A stretch of 64,000 bases of DNA, taken from NCBI RefSeq assembly GCF_009914755.1, contig NC_060929.1; one strand, 5' to 3'. A model generated the notes under the pieces. It ran no database searches. It was not told the DNA's origin and worked only from the letters and a program-made list of their open reading frames with translations. Positions 58,601 to 64,000 of the stretch are shown here, piece after piece. A program made the position numbers and the translations under genes. Origin of the DNA: the human T2T-CHM13v2.0 reference genome, Homo sapiens. Within the stretch, counting starts at the first letter, position 1. Every line of letters starts with the position of its first letter.

Positions 58601-60699
58601 CATCATCACATCTTTGAGACCACAGTTTCTAGTCACTATTACCAGAGAGTTAATTAGCCCAAACTATGGCTGCTGGTTGCTTTAGTTGTCTTCAACTTGA
58701 AGTTTTTTTTTTTTAAATATATATATAAGTTTTAAAGCTAATTAGGATACACCTGGGGCTCATAGTGAAAGCCAATACAGCTTTCCCCCAGGAGGTTATT
58801 TTCTTATATAAGAAAATTTGAAAAAAGGAAAAATGTCAAAGGAAAAACATAATCTATAGATTTAGAGAAAAAGAAGAGTGTAACCATTTCAGCTCAGTAG
58901 ACCACAAGGTCAGACAAACGTTGCCTGGAATTGAATGCTGTGTGCTTCTGTTTGAAGAAGGAGGATGCTTCCTAGATGTGTCAGGGGAACTACCTGCCTC
59001 CTTCCTTATCATCAGCTGTAACACAGGATGTGGTGTTGCTGGCTGGTAATCTGGAAATGGCTTGTTTGTTTTTACAGATCTGTAGAAAAGATTCAACAGT
59101 TGTAAAGGATGGAAAGACTCAAAACAGTATGGGACTCATAATAAAGAAAACTAGGGGGAATAAAATTAGATATAACAGCTTGTGACCATAGAATCTGCTC
59201 CAGGTATCCGTTGGACAGAGGTGCCAAATACATCTTCTTGTTTCAAAGAAAAGCCAGTTCTTTCCCCACACCCTCCAGCACATGGTCTTAGAATATCCAG
59301 ACCCCCCACCCCAGCACCCTTTTTTAAAAAAAATTCAGAAAACCTTTGTATTCTTCTAGATACTGGAACTGGTTTATTTATGGGTTTCATAAAGAAAAGG
59401 CACTTCTCCTAGAACTCCATAGGCTTGTGGCTCTCTGTTTCTACCAGGCCTTTCTGGATAGCATCCCTCAGATTAAAGTCCCATTACACACTGGAGAAAG
59501 AGGATTTTCTAATGCACAACTGGGATAATGTTACTGTTCAGTTCCTGATTCCACTGAAAAGTTATGCTGAGTTTAAAAATCCTCTTTTCTCTTTCCACAA
59601 AAGTGAGTGTAGGGCACCCACTGAGAGCTCCTGTCTGCTCTCTAGAAGATGCTAAAGTTGATTCCTGTTGAATTCTCTTGAAGACTGAAATTTATTTGCC
59701 ATAAATCAATGCTTTAAAACAGAGTCAAAGGCTGAGGAAATTTGAGAAAAATACCTTTTTTCCCATCTTCAGGAAATAAGTGAACAAATAAATAAGCCTT
59801 AGTGCCCAATACCTGAAGAAATATGAAGTGAGGAATAATGATTGCCATCGAGTGTTAGGAATTTAGACATGGGTCTTTTTGCTTCCAGTTTCATGATCTT
59901 CCCACCGCCCGTGAAGTGCCACGTGGCCTCCCATATTGCTATACTGTAGTAAGGAAGGAAAAATCTTAGGCAGCACAGACAATGCTGTACTGTTGGAAAG
60001 CTTTGCCTTGTGTAAGCACAGTCAGCTTGTATATTGTTGACTTTCCCCAAAGGGGAGTTCAGGGAAGCCAGGGTGTGTTTATCAGCTCTATCTTTTTCTC
60101 CCCTGCCTACCCTACCCCAGATTGAGGGTATGTGGTTGCTCCCTGGCTCAGGGAATGCTTGGGTATGGGGGGACCACCCAGGCTGTTTGGCCTGTGACTA
60201 CTGCAGAGTCACCGCAGAAGAAGAAGCAGGGAGAATGGGGCTGACTTTGAAGTTTGGGGATGGGAGAACCAGGGCTATTTTAGGTTTGGCCTGAGGTAAC
60301 TCACACTTTGTGTAACCTCTCCCCCAATATTTGTATACAGGGAACATCAGACTATCTTGACTACATTAAAAAGAAATAAAAGACCACAAATAAAAACTAA
60401 TCCGCAGTGGGAGTATGCAGGAGTCCTAATTTTTTTCTTGTTGCTGGAGGTGGTGGCAAAGGGTGAGCGTTAGCAGTCAGCTGCATGTTTGCCAACATTA
60501 AGCCTCTTGTACCACCTGAAAGTGAGCAATCTGTTTCCTCATCAGATTCTTTAGGAGATGCTGGCCAGTCTTCACATGTTGCAGTGAGGTGAAGCTTCCT
60601 ACATTTTTAAAAGCAGGGATCCTAGCCTGTCAAAGTCTCAAAGTATGGCAGAACATTCTAAGAACCTGCAACAACCTAAACGTAGTTGATAGAATAAAT

Positions 60700-60850
60700 G
60701 GCATACCATTTGCTAGTTCTGTGATCCTGGAAAAGTTCTAACTTTCCTAATCTGTAAAATGAGGTTAAGGATACCTCTCTCAGAGTGTTATTGTGAGAAT
60801 TAAGTCACATACTACATGTAAAGCCCTAAGCACAGTGACTGGTTGATAGA
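60700..60850 (+). mobile_element. MIR
   Basis: 'atctgtaaaatgagg..tacctctctcagagtgttattgtgagaattaa..tgtaaagccctaagcacagtg'. Confidence 0.8.
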
Positions 60851-61677
60851 ACCAATCCAGAAATGATGATTCTTGTTACTTGTTAGATAGGTGGCTTTAT
60901 TTTATTAAGCCTTTTGTGAGAGTGGATCTTAATATGTGGAAGTCACTGAAAGTCCAGCCAAACTTGAGTCCAACCAAAGGGATATGGTTTGGCTTTATTA
61001 TCTAAGCTCTGAGCCAAGCTGTCAAAAAAGATTGAACACGTATTAGGAGAAAAAAATATATTAAGTGATGAGGTGGGTGTGAGTGAGACCGTAAAGAATC
61101 AATACCACTATATTATTATTGGTTTGGCTCTTCCTCATTTATAAACACTGAGCCTGGTTTGAATGGTTCAATTTCAGCCCCATTGACAGGTTCTTCATTT
61201 TGTTTGTAAAATCTTGGGCACATTAGGGAAAAGATTTACGTACTTCATGCCCTGTTTTTGTCATTCTGCATGGATCATATGTACTCTATATCTTTGTACT
61301 GTATCGTGTGAAGCAATTTCAGGTTTGTTTTGTTTTGTTTTGTCTAATAAGCATGTTGTTTTTCAAATCAAACAGTTTGAGATTGAAGTCGATAATAAAT
61401 AATGAAATGGCTTGACCACATTGTACCAGGAACTCAGAGAATGGAAGCTTTGCCCCTCTCCTTCACTCCATCCCCAGGATCCATGCTCCCCGAGGTTAGC
61501 AGTGTCCATCAGAAAGCTGCCCTCTGCCCTCATTTGTGTTTTATGAGGAAACACAATATTACAATGAAAGAAATCCTGATACTTTCCTTAAGGCAGAAGC
61601 ACTGAATTTATGTTATCTTGAACTTGAACCTATTCTAGGACTATGCATATCTTCTTTTGGTCAATAGATCAAAAGCA

Positions 61678-61977
<300 letters not shown>

Positions 61978-64000
61978 ATCAAAAGCTAGTTACAAAAAAG
62001 AGAGGTAACAATGATCCTGACCTTGTAGGAAAGTGAAGCAGTGTCTCTGAACAATGAAGCAATCTAACAGGACAGACAGGAAAGTGAAGACCCAGTTTCA
62101 CACTGGGAAGTTTAAAAAAATACTGAACGTTCTTATGGAATACTTGTTTTTTCTTTTTAATGCCTTTATTCATATTTCTGTTGTTTTTACCACTATCCTT
62201 TTACTATCCAAAGGATTGATACCCAACTCCCATGAATAGATTTTTATTCGGGTAGGACCTACTTATGTTTTTACTTGTTTAGGGCCTAGCTCAATGCTTG
62301 GTATTTGCTAAAGTCTGTAATAACTAAATGTATAAAAGAGCTTTTTCATTGATCACTAACACTCTCTGAATTATTGTAGGAGTTTGTCCATACTCATCAG
62401 TCCTTGAATTATGAACAAACATTTTAGTACTTGATTTTCTATTTTAGTTTACTGATGCTTCTTATCATATTTTAAAATCATTCTGGACAAGCAAAAACCT
62501 TATTGTCTAACTATACTTTTCATTTTATAAGATTCACAAATCTCTCTTCAAATCTTTAGTTTTTATTTTTAGAGGTGATTTAACATATCAGATAACTTTT
62601 AAGTATCAGGACAAATCATTCATTTCATTTCAGTTTAGGAAAATGCTATCACCAAGTTCCCTTGCTGCCAAGGCATAGAATTCATGCTATTCCGTGGTCA
62701 TACCTACCAAGGGGAGAATATGTATTCAATTGCTAATGCTCCACTGGGACTCCTGACAAAGTCATTTTATTATGCCCAGTTTTAAATTGCATGCAGTGAG
62801 ACTCTTCCCAGGAGCATGGCAATGTCCATTGCTCATGCTCCAGAATTGCTGTGTGGTCAGGTCAGGACTTTATTCTTAATGCTCACTGGGTCATACTTGC
62901 TTGTGGGTTTTTATGTGGGAAGCAAGGCAGACACTGTGTGTCAGGGTGAGGCCTTCTGCCTCTTGCCCAGGGAAATTACTGCCACATGAAGGTAGGGCAG
63001 GAAGCCAGAGGCTGTCCCAAAGCCTTTGGACAATTTGCCCTTTTTCTTGTTTACATGTGCACTTGTGCTAGAGTGAGAGAATTGTGTTCTGGCAACATGT
63101 ATCCCCAACTGCCAACTGCTCACATTTCTGGCTGCTGCATGAAGTTGTGTATTGTAACTAGCTTTCCTAAAGGAATTCAACCAGTTGAAAAGGTTGCCTA
63201 ACTTTGCTGAATATTTAAGGTTACCAATCCAAGTTAGGGGTAAATGTTTTCATTAAAACTAATCATCCCCACTTGGGCATACAGAATCATTTCAGCAGGA
63301 GGTATAACCTATACCATGCGTTCAGTGTGAATCGCATGTTCTTGTTCCTACTGCAAAGAACCCAGAAGTTCTGGCAGTGTCCTTCAAGGGATGGTAAAAG
63401 TCCAAATTCATGCCAGAAATCCCTCATACATGTGATGAAGACTGAGTAGATTAAAGATCATTGATACCAATTTCGATGGAGTAGCCATGTTAAATATAAA
63501 TAGGTTAATACTGGAGGCAAGAGTAAATACAGAGGATTATACATATTAATTTTAATGGGGGGGGGCTATGCTATACAGAATAACTGGTTAGTAAACTCAG
63601 CAGTTTTGTTGGATCAAACCCATCAGCCATTAATAGGTGGAAATAATCATCCTCCTGGTTGAAAGACCAAAACATCTAGTTTGGAAATTTAGGAGTCATA
63701 TGCCAAGAGTGAAAAGTATCTCTTTAGCAAATAAATCAGGCAATTCTCTTGTACATGTGACCAATGCATTCATCCTTCGGTGCTTGATTTTGAAACACGT
63801 AAAGAAATAATAATCAGATAGACTCTGCATTACTGGAAGAATCTTGAAATTAAGATTGTGCTATGCTGAGGATTTCTACTGCTGGTAGGGAATAATTTCC
63901 CCTGCCTTTGCATTATTCATCTCATGTAAATTTTGATAAAGTTCATCACTGTGATTATTATTTCATTTACCACATTTTATATGTTTGTAGCACCATTTCC

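Noticed and set aside
63315-63338. CAGTGT loop resembling an iron-responsive element
   Set aside because: The required 5-bp upper stem and bulged C are not formed.

Overview
Human genomic DNA (an AluYb8, a human-lineage subfamily, is present). The window is AT-rich and intronic or intergenic, and I cannot support any protein-coding host gene, RNA gene, CRISPR array or microbial system. Every long ORF in the track is a decayed LINE-1 ORF1/ORF2 fragment or a spurious frame in Alu, LTR12 or THE1 sequence. Main contents: two 5'-inverted (twin-primed) L1PA insertions, each with a target-site duplication (TSD) and a short non-L1 tag inside a split A-tail; a solo ERV9 LTR12 with an intact promoter module and CpG-rich U3; a full LTR-internal-LTR THE1; an old L1MA carrying four Alus; 13 Alu/monomer copies in total; and MLT1, LTR33, L2, L3, MIR, Tigger and hAT relics. 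Best second-look items: an inverted pair of Tigger4 ends that look too alike for independent copies, a perfect 75-bp tandem duplication inside an ancient MIR, several hairpins in apparently unique DNA (notably 32941-33026), and motif clusters in repeat-poor blocks. I found no evidence for a new biological system. Repeat subfamily calls rest on remembered consensus sequences and need RepeatMasker/Dfam confirmation.
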